Assembly (NCBI GenBank): GCA_003694545.1
Contig: RFKD01000051.1
Coordinates: forward strand, 4,505 to 68,504
DNA from: Candidatus Parcubacteria bacterium
GTDB lineage: Bacteria > Patescibacteriota > Minisyncoccia > Phycocordibacterales > UBA12088
Length of the DNA: 64,000 nucleotides
Reading direction: 5' to 3'
Part shown: positions 49,216-57,878 of the stretch, one piece after another
Position numbering within the stretch: position 1 is the first letter of the stretch
Layout of the letters: the number at the start of each line of letters is the position of its first letter
Position numbers and translations under genes: made by a program
The notes under the pieces: generated by a model
Databases searched by the model: none
Told to the model about the DNA's origin: nothing
What the model saw: the letters and a program-made list of their open reading frames with translations, nothing else

Positions 49216-49382
49216 AGCGCTTTCACCTTACCATACGCGCGCCAGCGAGGTGTTTCCTGTGTGTGCCGCTTTGATGGCGCGCTTTAGAGCGTGGCCGTGA
49301 AGATCGGTAAACGGGAGATGTGTGCTCCTCTCCGCAACGCTCTTTGATGCTGACCGCGCAAGAGGAGAAAACAGAGTGCAAC

Positions 49383-51791
49383 CTATTGGAGAGAATAAAG
49401 ATATTCCAATGTGGCGCGAGCCACCACCTCGAGACTTTTGTCGCTACACCGATCGAGAGTGTCGTTTGTTGTATGGTGCGCGGGGAATCCGGCGTCAATA
49501 AGGAGGATGCTTGGAATGTCGGCTTGGTTGAGGGGTATGTGGTCATCTTGCACACTGGGTCCTATATTGTTTTGAAACACTGAACCATCCACCTTTTGCG
49601 CCACCGCCCAAAACGATTCCACCAAATCTTCGGCGTACCGAAGAGAAAATGGCTCCTTTTGTATGCGAATGTTTTTACCACATACCATATCGAGGACTAT
49701 TGCGCCCATTGGCTTTGTGTCCCCATATACTTCGTGTATATGTTCAGCAAAATACGTTGACCCCAAAGGCCGCCAATTACTGTAGTCACCGCGTTGGTTA
49801 ATGTCACCTTCTTCTCCATCAAAGAAAACCAGGTCAACACCAATTTTGGGCGTTACGGAGGCGTTGCTTACTACCCGCGCAAGCTCCAACAGAACTGCAA
49901 CTCCAGAAGCGGAATCGTTAGCTCCAGGCACCGGCTGATCAAACCTTGTCTTATCCTTGTCGGCGAAACGTTTACTGTCGTAGTGGGTTGCAATAATGAT
50001 GCGCCTGTTTTGCTCAGGGAAGAGGCGCCCAACAATGTTCGTTAAGGTGTACGTGTTACCGTCTGTGGCTGGGTACTCCCACGACTGCGCAATGACTTCG
50101 TCAGTATAGGTGCGCATTTCCGCCAACAAGGCTTTTTGCACACTTTTATGCCCTCGTGAACCCATATACCGAGGGCCATAGCGAAGCTGTTGGTCTATTA
50201 TTGCCAGCATTTCGTTGCCGTTGATGGAGTCGTGTTTACTTAATTGGCGCGCAAGCACTTCGGCCGTAAGATATTCAACGGGAGCATAATTATCGGTCAG
50301 GATTGGGTAAGGGCTTAATTCGTATCGTTCGAGATTAATAGTTTGTGAGGGCAGAGACCGTATTAGAGGATGTGCGCTTCTCGTAACCTCAACTGATTCC
50401 ATATCGACAATACGAATGCTGTTGTACCCAACGAAAATGATGTTTTGCGTGTGGGTGTTTTTGGGGGTTTCAACTGCGAAAAAATAACTATTCGGGAAGA
50501 CCTGTTGAAATGTCTTGATCTCAGAAAAGAGCAAAGACGGCTGCTGCCGTGACAAGTCTCCAATGATATTGGCAATAAATACACCGTTTGGAGCAAGCTT
50601 TTCCTTTGCAAGGCTAAAAAATTCGCGCGTTGTAAAATGCGCCGGGATGGAAAAGAGTGAAGAATATACATCGCTGAAAATTACATCGTATGTCTGGTTG
50701 GTGTCTCGAAGAAGATGGCGGCCATCTGTTATGTGGTTATGCAAGCGGGGTGTTCCCTTCACGCTGAAATATTGTTGCGCCAGGGGGTAGAGAGATGGCT
50801 CTATTTCTGCCACATCTACGATTACGTTCGGTAGTTCCGCCAACAGAGCCTTTGGTATGGAGTAAGCGCCTCCGCCTATCACCAGCGCGCTTCGGACATC
50901 CGGCTGAAAGAGTTTATAGAGCGCATAGTACTTTGTGTATTCATATGCTAAATCCGTGGGGTCGTTTGTATCAAGAAACATTGCGCCGGAAGAACTTCGA
51001 TCTTGTTGCAAAACCCGTACTGGCCTTCCCTGCTGCTGGCTGTCGTAGATTGTTATTTTTTCGTAAATGCCATCTTTGTGGTAGAGCGCGGCGCTGTAAG
51101 CTTGCGAGTTGATAAACATTGCGGCGCCGACGAGCACGATGACCACCAAGGCGGTTTTTGCAAGCAGGTTTTTGTTGTCACTGAACACTATAAGCGGGAT
51201 GAGACCAAGTGTACACAAGGTAATTCCAGTGGAAATAAAAATAAGATCCACGCCGAGTTTGGGAATAAGCACGAAGCCGGTAAGCAAACTCCCGCTGATA
51301 CTACCAAGCGTTGACCAGAAGAAAATGCTGCCAGAGACACTGCCGATACCTTGTGCGGGGGCGTAAGCGCTGTGGAGTTTTATCGCGTACGGCGACAAGA
51401 TTCCAAGTAGCAATGCGGGCAGAAAGAAAAGGAGCAAAGAGGCAACAAGAGGCCCGTTCACTGGCGATAGTGCTATGCCTAAGATGGGGAGAGTAAGAAC
51501 GCTCAGGAAGTGCACAGCCAACACTAGGACGCCGCTTGCGAGAATGATTCCGAAAAACCGTTGAGGGGAGGGGAGCCTATCAGCGAGGTTGCCTCCAATG
51601 TGGTACCCAACACTGAGGGCCGCAAGCACCACACTGATGACGCTGGAGACCGTGAAGATGGTATTGCCGTAGTATGGTGACAACGCGCGCACTGCCACAA
51701 TTTCAATAATTAAAACACACGCGCCTGTGACAAACACGACAAAGGGAAACAAGTTCTTTTTTATGCATTCATGCATATCGTGCGCTGGCAA
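49383..51791 (-). CDS. Membrane spermidine-synthase-like methyltransferase fused to an M28 peptidase domain
   Basis: TM region (SPYYGNTIF), LVIGGGAYS, AEIEP, ILTDNYAPVE, then HYDSK, PGANDSASG, FDGEEG, LDMV, DDHIP, HHTTND. Confidence 0.88.
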   Translation of the reverse strand: MPAHDMHECIKKNLFPFVVFVTGACVLIIEIVAVRALSPYYGNTIFTVSSVISVVLAALSVGYHIGGNLADRLPSPQRFFGIILASGVLVLAVHFLSVLTLPILGIALSPVNGPLVASLLLFFLPALLLGILSPYAIKLHSAYAPAQGIGSVSGSIFFWSTLGSISGSLLTGFVLIPKLGVDLIFISTGITLCTLGLIPLIVFSDNKNLLAKTALVVIVLVGAAMFINSQAYSAALYHKDGIYEKITIYDSQQQGRPVRVLQQDRSSSGAMFLDTNDPTDLAYEYTKYYALYKLFQPDVRSALVIGGGAYSIPKALLAELPNVIVDVAEIEPSLYPLAQQYFSVKGTPRLHNHITDGRHLLRDTNQTYDVIFSDVYSSLFSIPAHFTTREFFSLAKEKLAPNGVFIANIIGDLSRQQPSLLFSEIKTFQQVFPNSYFFAVETPKNTHTQNIIFVGYNSIRIVDMESVEVTRSAHPLIRSLPSQTINLERYELSPYPILTDNYAPVEYLTAEVLARQLSKHDSINGNEMLAIIDQQLRYGPRYMGSRGHKSVQKALLAEMRTYTDEVIAQSWEYPATDGNTYTLTNIVGRLFPEQNRRIIIATHYDSKRFADKDKTRFDQPVPGANDSASGVAVLLELARVVSNASVTPKIGVDLVFFDGEEGDINQRGDYSNWRPLGSTYFAEHIHEVYGDTKPMGAIVLDMVCGKNIRIQKEPFSLRYAEDLVESFWAVAQKVDGSVFQNNIGPSVQDDHIPLNQADIPSILLIDAGFPAHHTTNDTLDRCSDKSLEVVARATLEYLYSLQ

Positions 51792-51894
51792 GTATACTCA
51801 AGACGGCGCTGCTTAGTCAGGCGCTTATGGTTGATTGTATCATTTATCTTTGCCGCAGTCTCTCGTTCTCCTGTTTCTCTCGCACTTCACAATA

Positions 51895-52124
51895 CTTAGC
51901 AAGGCTTCGCCTTTCGCTCCTTGATTTTGTGCGGGTGGGGGGAATCGGTCACCAGTTCTAAGCAAATTCGCCGCCTCCGGCGTCTCATTTGCTAAGAACT
52001 CGCGACCCCGACCTCGGCGCCCGCCACGCTTCGCGTGGCGACTTCGTGGCGCCTCGGTTCGATTCCCCCACCGCGCTCCAAAATCATAGTCGCGCGACGC
52101 TTCGCCTCGCGCTCCTTGATTTTG
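51895..52124 (-). mobile_element. 195-bp tRNA-linked hairpin element (complete copy 51930-52124) plus the start of a second tandem copy
   Basis: 33-bp perfect direct repeat 51915-51947 = 52110-52142, containing the last 18 nt of tRNA-Gly; internal antisense T-arm copy. Confidence 0.78.
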
Positions 52125-52195
52125 TGCGGGTGGGGGGAATCGAACCCCCGACCTCAGCTTGGAAGGCTGATGTTTTACCACTAAACTACACCCGC
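52125..52195 (-). tRNA. tRNA-Gly (anticodon TCC), CCA not encoded
   Basis: GCGGGTG/CACCCGC acceptor; TCAGC-CTTCCAA-GCTGA; GTTCGAT. Confidence 0.96.
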
Positions 52196-52210
52196 GCTGT
52201 GCATACTATA

Positions 52211-52242
52211 CCACAAACCCCCGCTTTTGCGGGGGTTTGTGG
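52211..52242 (-). terminator. hup terminator hairpin abutting the tRNA-Gly promoter
   Basis: CCACAAACCCCCGC-TTTT-GCGGGGGTTTGTGG; the minus strand continues TGG-TATAGT (extended -10). Confidence 0.7.
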
Positions 52243-52266
52243 GAGTCACCGTGGACCTGCCGCGCC

Positions 52267-52548
52267 TTAGCGGCCTTGAGCCACGCGGTCTTTAAATCCC
52301 TTGGCTGGAGTGAATTTCGGCATTTTTGTTGCCGGAACTTGCACTGTTTCTCCGGTGCGCGGGTTGCGTGCCGTGCGCGCTTTACGCTCGCGTCGGCGGA
52401 AGGTGCCCAAACCGGCGATGGAAACTTCCTCGCCGCGGGCGACCGCCCCGACTACAGCGTCGACAACCGCTTCCACGGCGCGCTCCGCGTCTGCTCGGGT
52501 GCTCCCCAAAACATCCCGAACGCGGTCTACAATATCTTGCTTGTTCAT
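52267..52548 (-). CDS. hup: HU DNA-binding protein
   Basis: MNKQDIV, GLGTF, ARTARNPRTGETVQVPA, PKFTPAKGFKD. Confidence 0.96.
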   Translation of the reverse strand: MNKQDIVDRVRDVLGSTRADAERAVEAVVDAVVGAVARGEEVSIAGLGTFRRRERKARTARNPRTGETVQVPATKMPKFTPAKGFKDRVAQGR

Positions 52549-52787
52549 AGTGTCAATGCATTAGGTGTTCTGGTAATGTGATGCGCCTCCTTGTGAGGCC
52601 TGATAATACCGCAGGATATTGTAAATAAAGGCGTAAAAAAGCGCAATAGCCGGAGCTGCCCGGTATTTTAATTGACATATTATATATTTTGTGATTTGAA
52701 AACAGGTCGCTGCGCGCGAGATGTGCGTGACAAGGAGAGCAGGGGCGGGTTGCCAATACCCGACGATTTGTGGCACCATTCGGCGGT

Positions 52788-53657
52788 ATGGCTCACCCTG
52801 TTGTTTTTTTCCAAGGTCAGCGCGGCGCGTATTCCGAAGAGGCCGCGAGCGTTATCTTTCCGGGCGCGACGATGGTTGCTCAGCCGACATTCCGCAAGGT
52901 GTTTGAAGCGCTTGCGGCTCAACCAGAAGCATTTGCGTGCTTACCAATCGAGAATACCACGGCAGGGCGGGTAAGCGATGTTCAGCTTTTGTTGCCCCGT
53001 TTTGGCTTTCAAATCATCAAGGAGCATTTTTTGCCCGTGCGGCACCAGTTACTGGGTGTTGTCGGCGGGTCTCTTTCCCGCGTGCGCGAAGTGTTGAGCC
53101 ACCCACAGGCGCTCGCGCAGTGCGAACGCTTTTTAAAAGAGCACAACCTGACTCCTATCCCTTTTGAAGATACGGCTGGCGCGGCGGCGGAGGTCGCTCG
53201 CCGAAACGATCCAACGCTAGCCGCGATTGCTTCGCGCGCGGCACAGCAACACTATCGTCTCAAAGCTTTTGCCGAAGATATCCAAGATGAGACGCACAAC
53301 ACCACGCGGTTTATCGTTCTTGCTGGCTCTCCTCAGCCTATTGAGCCGCCTGATCCGTCGCGCGCCTTTATTACCGCAATTTGGTTCACGCTCAAAAGCG
53401 TCCCAGCCGCGTTATACAAAGCGATAGGCGGGTTTGCGACCGCCGCCTTAAACCTCACAAAGATTGAGTCGCACCTTACGGGTCACCGCTTCACGCGCGC
53501 CCAGTTTTACATTGAAGTTGAAGGTCATCCGGAGACAGACGCGATGCGGCACGCGATGCGGGAGCTTACGTTTTTTGCTGATGATGTGCGGGTGTTGGGC
53601 GTATTCCCAGCCGACCCCTATCGTTACAACGGCCATCCTCAAGAAATCGTGCTTTAA
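52788..53657 (+). CDS. pheA: Prephenate dehydratase
   Basis: FQGQRGAYSE, LPIENTTAG, SHPQALAQC, NTTRF, ACT domain with NLTKIES. Confidence 0.93.
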   Translation: MAHPVVFFQGQRGAYSEEAASVIFPGATMVAQPTFRKVFEALAAQPEAFACLPIENTTAGRVSDVQLLLPRFGFQIIKEHFLPVRHQLLGVVGGSLSRVREVLSHPQALAQCERFLKEHNLTPIPFEDTAGAAAEVARRNDPTLAAIASRAAQQHYRLKAFAEDIQDETHNTTRFIVLAGSPQPIEPPDPSRAFITAIWFTLKSVPAALYKAIGGFATAALNLTKIESHLTGHRFTRAQFYIEVEGHPETDAMRHAMRELTFFADDVRVLGVFPADPYRYNGHPQEIVL

Positions 53658-53720
53658 AGAGACTTTTCGAGCCTTTGCGCGGTTTGGCTCATTGAGATCC
53701 ACGCTTTGCGCGATGTGCAC

Positions 53721-55247
53721 TTAGCGCGCGTACTCCACGATGCGGTTTTCTCGGATCACATGGACTTTAATTTCGCCAGGGTAGCGCAGTTCATCTTCAA
53801 TACGCTTGGCGATGTTGCGCGCTAGTGTCCGCGCGCCGACATCTGAAACAGCTTCCGGCTGGACAAATACACGGACTTCCCGCCCCGCAGAAAGAGCGTA
53901 CGCCTTTTGCACCCCCTCAAACGAGGTGGCAATCGCCTCAAGATCCTCCAAGCGCTTAATGTACTGCTCGACGCTATCACGCCGCGCGCCGGGCCTCCCT
54001 CCGGAAATGGCGTCAGCCACCTGCACGATGACCGACTCGACGGTTTCGTAGGGGTATTCTTCGTGGTGCGCTTGCATTGCTTTGATAATGCGCTCGTCTT
54101 CGCCAAATTTCATCAAGATTTTCCTGCCAATTTCCACATGGGACCCTTGCACCTCGTGGTCTAGCGCTTTTCCGATGTCGTGCACCAACCCTGCAGCTTT
54201 CGCGATTTGCACATCCGCCCCCAATTCTTCAGCCAGCATTCCTGCTAAAAGCGCGACTTCCACCGAATGTTGGAGCACATTTTGTCCGTAGCTCGTTCGG
54301 AAATACAGTCGCCCGAGTATCATCAGGGTTTTCGGGTTTAGATTAAACACACCCGCCTCGTACGCGGCCTCCTCCCCTTTTTGTTTAATGATCTTATTGA
54401 TTTCTTCTTTCGCTTTTTCAACCACCTCCTCGATTCGCGCGGGTTGGATGCGCCCGTCGAGAATCAAATTTTCCAAAGCGACGCGGGCAATTTGGCGGCG
54501 TATTGGGTCAAACGATGAGATCATTATTGTTCCAGGCGCGTCATCAATCACCACTTCCACGCCGGTGGCACGCTCGAACGCCTTAATATTTCTCCCTTCC
54601 TTTCCAATAATTTTCCCCTTGATGTCATCGGAAGGTATGGGGACAACCGTTGACATAACATCTGGCGCAACAGAGTTGCCGAGGCGGTGAATAACGGAAG
54701 TAAGGATCTCCTGCGCTTTGCGCTCAAAGCGCTCCTCCCCCTCTTGCGCCAATTTATAGAGACGCTTCGCGATATCTTCCTCGTATTCTCGTTCTATTTG
54801 TGCGTAGAGTTCCTTGAGAGCCTCATCGCGCGTCATTCCAGCGACTCGCTCGAGCGCTATCTCCATTTCCTCTTGCGCTTTGCGCAACGACGCTCGGTCA
54901 GCCTCGAGCGCCTCTCGCTCTTGGGTGAGCGTTTTTTTTGCAGCTTCATGTTCGGCAAGGCGCTTGTCGAGCGCTTCTTCGCGCGCCAACAAGCGCTCTT
55001 CCAACTTTTGGACACTACGTTCTCGCTCAGCGATAGTCTCGAGCCGCTCATCAATAATGCGTTGCGCCTCCGTTTCCGCGCGCTCAACAATCTTGGAAGC
55101 CTCTTCCTTTGCTTCCAAGAGGCGCTGTTTAATTTCAAGCTCCATTGACCCGCGCTTGGAAAGCGCGATAGCCCAGCGGAGCACATAGCCAACCACCCCT
55201 CCTACGAGGAGCGCTCCGAACATAGCAAGGAGGATGGTAAAAGACAT
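53721..55247 (-). CDS. rny: Ribonuclease Y
   Basis: N-terminal TM and coiled coil, KH domain (KGKIIGKEGRNI), RTSYGQNVLQHS, HDIGK, ADAISGGRPGARR. Confidence 0.98.
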   Translation of the reverse strand: MSFTILLAMFGALLVGGVVGYVLRWAIALSKRGSMELEIKQRLLEAKEEASKIVERAETEAQRIIDERLETIAERERSVQKLEERLLAREEALDKRLAEHEAAKKTLTQEREALEADRASLRKAQEEMEIALERVAGMTRDEALKELYAQIEREYEEDIAKRLYKLAQEGEERFERKAQEILTSVIHRLGNSVAPDVMSTVVPIPSDDIKGKIIGKEGRNIKAFERATGVEVVIDDAPGTIMISSFDPIRRQIARVALENLILDGRIQPARIEEVVEKAKEEINKIIKQKGEEAAYEAGVFNLNPKTLMILGRLYFRTSYGQNVLQHSVEVALLAGMLAEELGADVQIAKAAGLVHDIGKALDHEVQGSHVEIGRKILMKFGEDERIIKAMQAHHEEYPYETVESVIVQVADAISGGRPGARRDSVEQYIKRLEDLEAIATSFEGVQKAYALSAGREVRVFVQPEAVSDVGARTLARNIAKRIEDELRYPGEIKVHVIRENRIVEYAR

Positions 55248-55263
55248 ACGCAACCGCTTACAA

Positions 55264-55427
55264 TATGGGCAGCGGCGCGCAGAAAGAAAGCGTTATGTTT
55301 TTTGCGTCACTGTCGTGCGTGTGCGAGGTTCGTGCTCCAATCGCACTCCTCACGCATCCGAGGATGCACTCTGTTCGCGCAAGGCAGGGAAAAATAGGCT
55401 TTCTGCGCCCAAAGCTGCTGCCGCATA
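55264..55427 (+). ncRNA. Rod-shaped RNA candidate, possibly 6S RNA (strand uncertain)
   Basis: The ends pair (GGCAGCGGC/GCTGCTGCC; GCGCAGAAAG/CTTTCTGCGC); G-U polarity favours the + strand; adjacent to rny. Confidence 0.4.
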
Positions 55428-55506
55428 CTTGATGGATAACAATACACCAACACAAAGGCCCTACTGGGGAGCCTCCACACGAGGGTACCACACTTCTTGC
55501 GGCGCT

Positions 55507-56118
55507 TCAACAGCGGGTTTTTGGCTGTTTTCCCTTGGAAGGAGCCAGGACTGTGTCAACGATGCCGTAGGCAACCGCCTCCTCGGCCGTCATAAAGAAA
55601 TCGCGATCTACATCCTTTTCAATGCGGGAAAGTTTTTGGCCAGTGTTTTCCGCGAGGATCTTGTTGAGCCGTTCGCGGGTGCGCAAGATATGCCGCGCGG
55701 TGATTTCTATATCCGAGGCTTGCCCTTCCACGCCGCCCCACGGCTGGTGGATCATCACCTCCGCATTGGGGAGAATGTAGCGCTTACCGCGCGCTCCCGC
55801 CGACAACACGACAGACGCCATCGAAGCGCAGATACCAAGACAAACGGTGGCGACAGGGGGTTTGATGTGCCGCATTGTGTCGAGTATCGCAAGGCCAGAG
55901 GAAACCACGCCGCCTCCCGAATTGATGTAAAGCCAAATGTCCTTTTTGGGATCCTCAGCCTCGAGGAACAGCAACTGCGCCACGACGGTGTTTGCCACCG
56001 CGTCGTTAATTGAGCCACCTAAAAACACAATGCGCTCCTTGAGAAGGCGCGAGTAGATGTCGTAGGCGCGTTCGCCGTAGGTTGTTTTTTCAATGACGGT
56101 AGGAATGAGGTAGGTCAT
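55507..56118 (-). CDS. clpP: ATP-dependent Clp protease proteolytic subunit
   Basis: [37 protein letters not shown]. Confidence 0.97.
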   Translation of the reverse strand: MTYLIPTVIEKTTYGERAYDIYSRLLKERIVFLGGSINDAVANTVVAQLLFLEAEDPKKDIWLYINSGGGVVSSGLAILDTMRHIKPPVATVCLGICASMASVVLSAGARGKRYILPNAEVMIHQPWGGVEGQASDIEITARHILRTRERLNKILAENTGQKLSRIEKDVDRDFFMTAEEAVAYGIVDTVLAPSKGKQPKTRC

Positions 56119-56177
56119 ACGGCAGATACTCTACCTACATTATGCTGCTTGCGCAACACAACGCAGGCTCGGCGGGG

Positions 56178-57332
56178 TTACTTTTCGCTATTTCCCTTAT
56201 TTTCAGCCAAAGACGCCATTGGGGTATCACGCTCGGCTTTATTATGCAGTTCTTCGCCCAACAACCTTCGAAACGCCGCCTCATTGCGCATACGCTGGCG
56301 CAGAAATGCTTCAACGGATTCTCGCTCAAGCGAAGGGTTATGGGAAAGAATATGGTCTGTCTCGCGCTTCACCGCTTCGGCGTCTTCCGTTATGTGCTCG
56401 GCTTCAGCAATAGCTTCCAGGATGAGCTGAGCCTTAACGCGGCGCGCGGCTTCTTCTTGCCAAGCCTGCAGGAGAGCTTCTCTCTTTTCTCCCAAGTCAT
56501 CAAGGAATGCTTCCATTGTTTTGCCGAGAGCTGCGAGTTGGGCAGCGACTTCTTCCATTATCCGCATCAGTTCTAGCTCAACAAACACAAGCGGGACTTC
56601 AAAATCGGTTTCCTTCAGCAAAGCATCAAGGAGCGATTTGCGCGCTGTTTCCGTGCGCTCCCGCGTCAGGAACACGCCGATATCTTTTTGGAGGGCATCT
56701 TTCAGTTCGGCAACACTTTGAAAAGGTCCAAGATTTTTAGCGATTTCGTCGGTAAGAGGCGGAAGGCTGTCTTCGGATATGTCGTCGAGCGTGGAAGTAT
56801 CTTGTGGATTGAGTGCTTTTCGCGCTTTGAGCGCGTGCTCCTTGCGCAGGAGCGTCAAGGCGCGTTCGAGTGCTTCTTTTTGTTCTTTTTCGCTGTGAGG
56901 TTGTGCTCCGCCAAGCACGCGTGCGGCAATTGCGCGATAGTCGGGAAGGGGGATGTCGGGATAGACGGGAACAGCAAGCGTGAAAACGATACCTTCTTCA
57001 TCTGCCTCTTCTTTTACAAAAACACGAGGGGCAGCAACCGCTTTTGGCGCGTGTTCGTCAAGCAGGTGCGGCAGGTGAGGCTCCAGCGCAATGCGCACGA
57101 CTTCCCGCACAATGTCGTTTTCCTTGAGATGTTTCTCGGCAACATGAGGCGGCACTTTGCCCGGGCGGAAGCCGTCAAGCACCAGCGTCTGCGCGAGGGT
57201 TTGTATAGCCTTAGGGCGGACGGCGGCAATGGTTTCGTTAGGGACAACACCTTCAAGGTGCACTTCACTGTGGGGCGCTTGCTCCACGGAGCGCACGACA
57301 ATAGGGTGGCGAGTTGCGTCTTGCTGTGTCAT
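56178..57332 (-). CDS. tig: Trigger factor lacking the FKBP domain
   Basis: DGFRPGKVP ribosome-binding motif, LPDY, LTDEIAK; upstream of clpP. Confidence 0.9.
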   Translation of the reverse strand: MTQQDATRHPIVVRSVEQAPHSEVHLEGVVPNETIAAVRPKAIQTLAQTLVLDGFRPGKVPPHVAEKHLKENDIVREVVRIALEPHLPHLLDEHAPKAVAAPRVFVKEEADEEGIVFTLAVPVYPDIPLPDYRAIAARVLGGAQPHSEKEQKEALERALTLLRKEHALKARKALNPQDTSTLDDISEDSLPPLTDEIAKNLGPFQSVAELKDALQKDIGVFLTRERTETARKSLLDALLKETDFEVPLVFVELELMRIMEEVAAQLAALGKTMEAFLDDLGEKREALLQAWQEEAARRVKAQLILEAIAEAEHITEDAEAVKRETDHILSHNPSLERESVEAFLRQRMRNEAAFRRLLGEELHNKAERDTPMASLAENKGNSEK

Positions 57333-57361
57333 ACCGTGCTACCCTACCACACCGCGCACCT

Positions 57362-57402
57362 CACCACAAACCGCGCGCCCTTGGGGCGCGCGGTTTGTGG
57401 TG
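57362..57402 (-). terminator. Perfect 19-bp-stem hairpin
   Basis: CACCACAAACCGCGCGCCC-TTG-GGGCGCGCGGTTTGTGGTG. Confidence 0.7.
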
Positions 57403-57425
57403 CTGGGCACTACGGCGTCTGCAGC

Positions 57426-57788
57426 TTAAAATTGGAGTTCCCCCTCAATATTTCGGAGTTCCGCGTCAAGGTTTTCCGTGTCAAACTGTAATTCAGCTTC
57501 AATAGTGTCGAGGTCATCGTTCTCGCTCACTTGTTGAAGTTCTTCCGGGCTAGGGCCCTCTAGCGTTTCTGCGGCTGGGACACCAGCGTTCTGTTGGGCC
57601 TTATCGTTGGATTTGCTGCCCCAGTAGTACAAACCGCCGATTGCCAAGACGGCCACGACCACGATTGCCGCGACAACAGGCCCAATCGGCGCCTGATCTT
57701 GCGTTGCGTTCATAGAAGACTGTGTACCTTGCTCGGACATGCCTGAAGGGGCCCCGGGTTGTTGTGTCTTCATAGGTTTTTGTTCCAT
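57426..57788 (-). CDS. Small single-pass membrane hypothetical protein
   Basis: GPVVAAIVVVAVLAIGGLYYW TM helix; acidic C-terminus. Confidence 0.8.
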   Translation of the reverse strand: MEQKPMKTQQPGAPSGMSEQGTQSSMNATQDQAPIGPVVAAIVVVAVLAIGGLYYWGSKSNDKAQQNAGVPAAETLEGPSPEELQQVSENDDLDTIEAELQFDTENLDAELRNIEGELQF

Positions 57789-57878
57789 AAGCGTTGTAAG
57801 TTAGTGGGTGTTGGTGGTTAATAACGCATTACAATTACATAAGCCCTCGGTCAGTCAGGATTCCCTTATTCTTCCCCG

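Noticed and set aside
52670-52697. dif-like 11-6-11 site AATTGACATAT-TATATA-TTTTGTGATTT
   Set aside because: The arms match the XerD consensus at only 8/11 and 7/11, and the segment is explained by promoter elements between the divergent hup and pheA genes.
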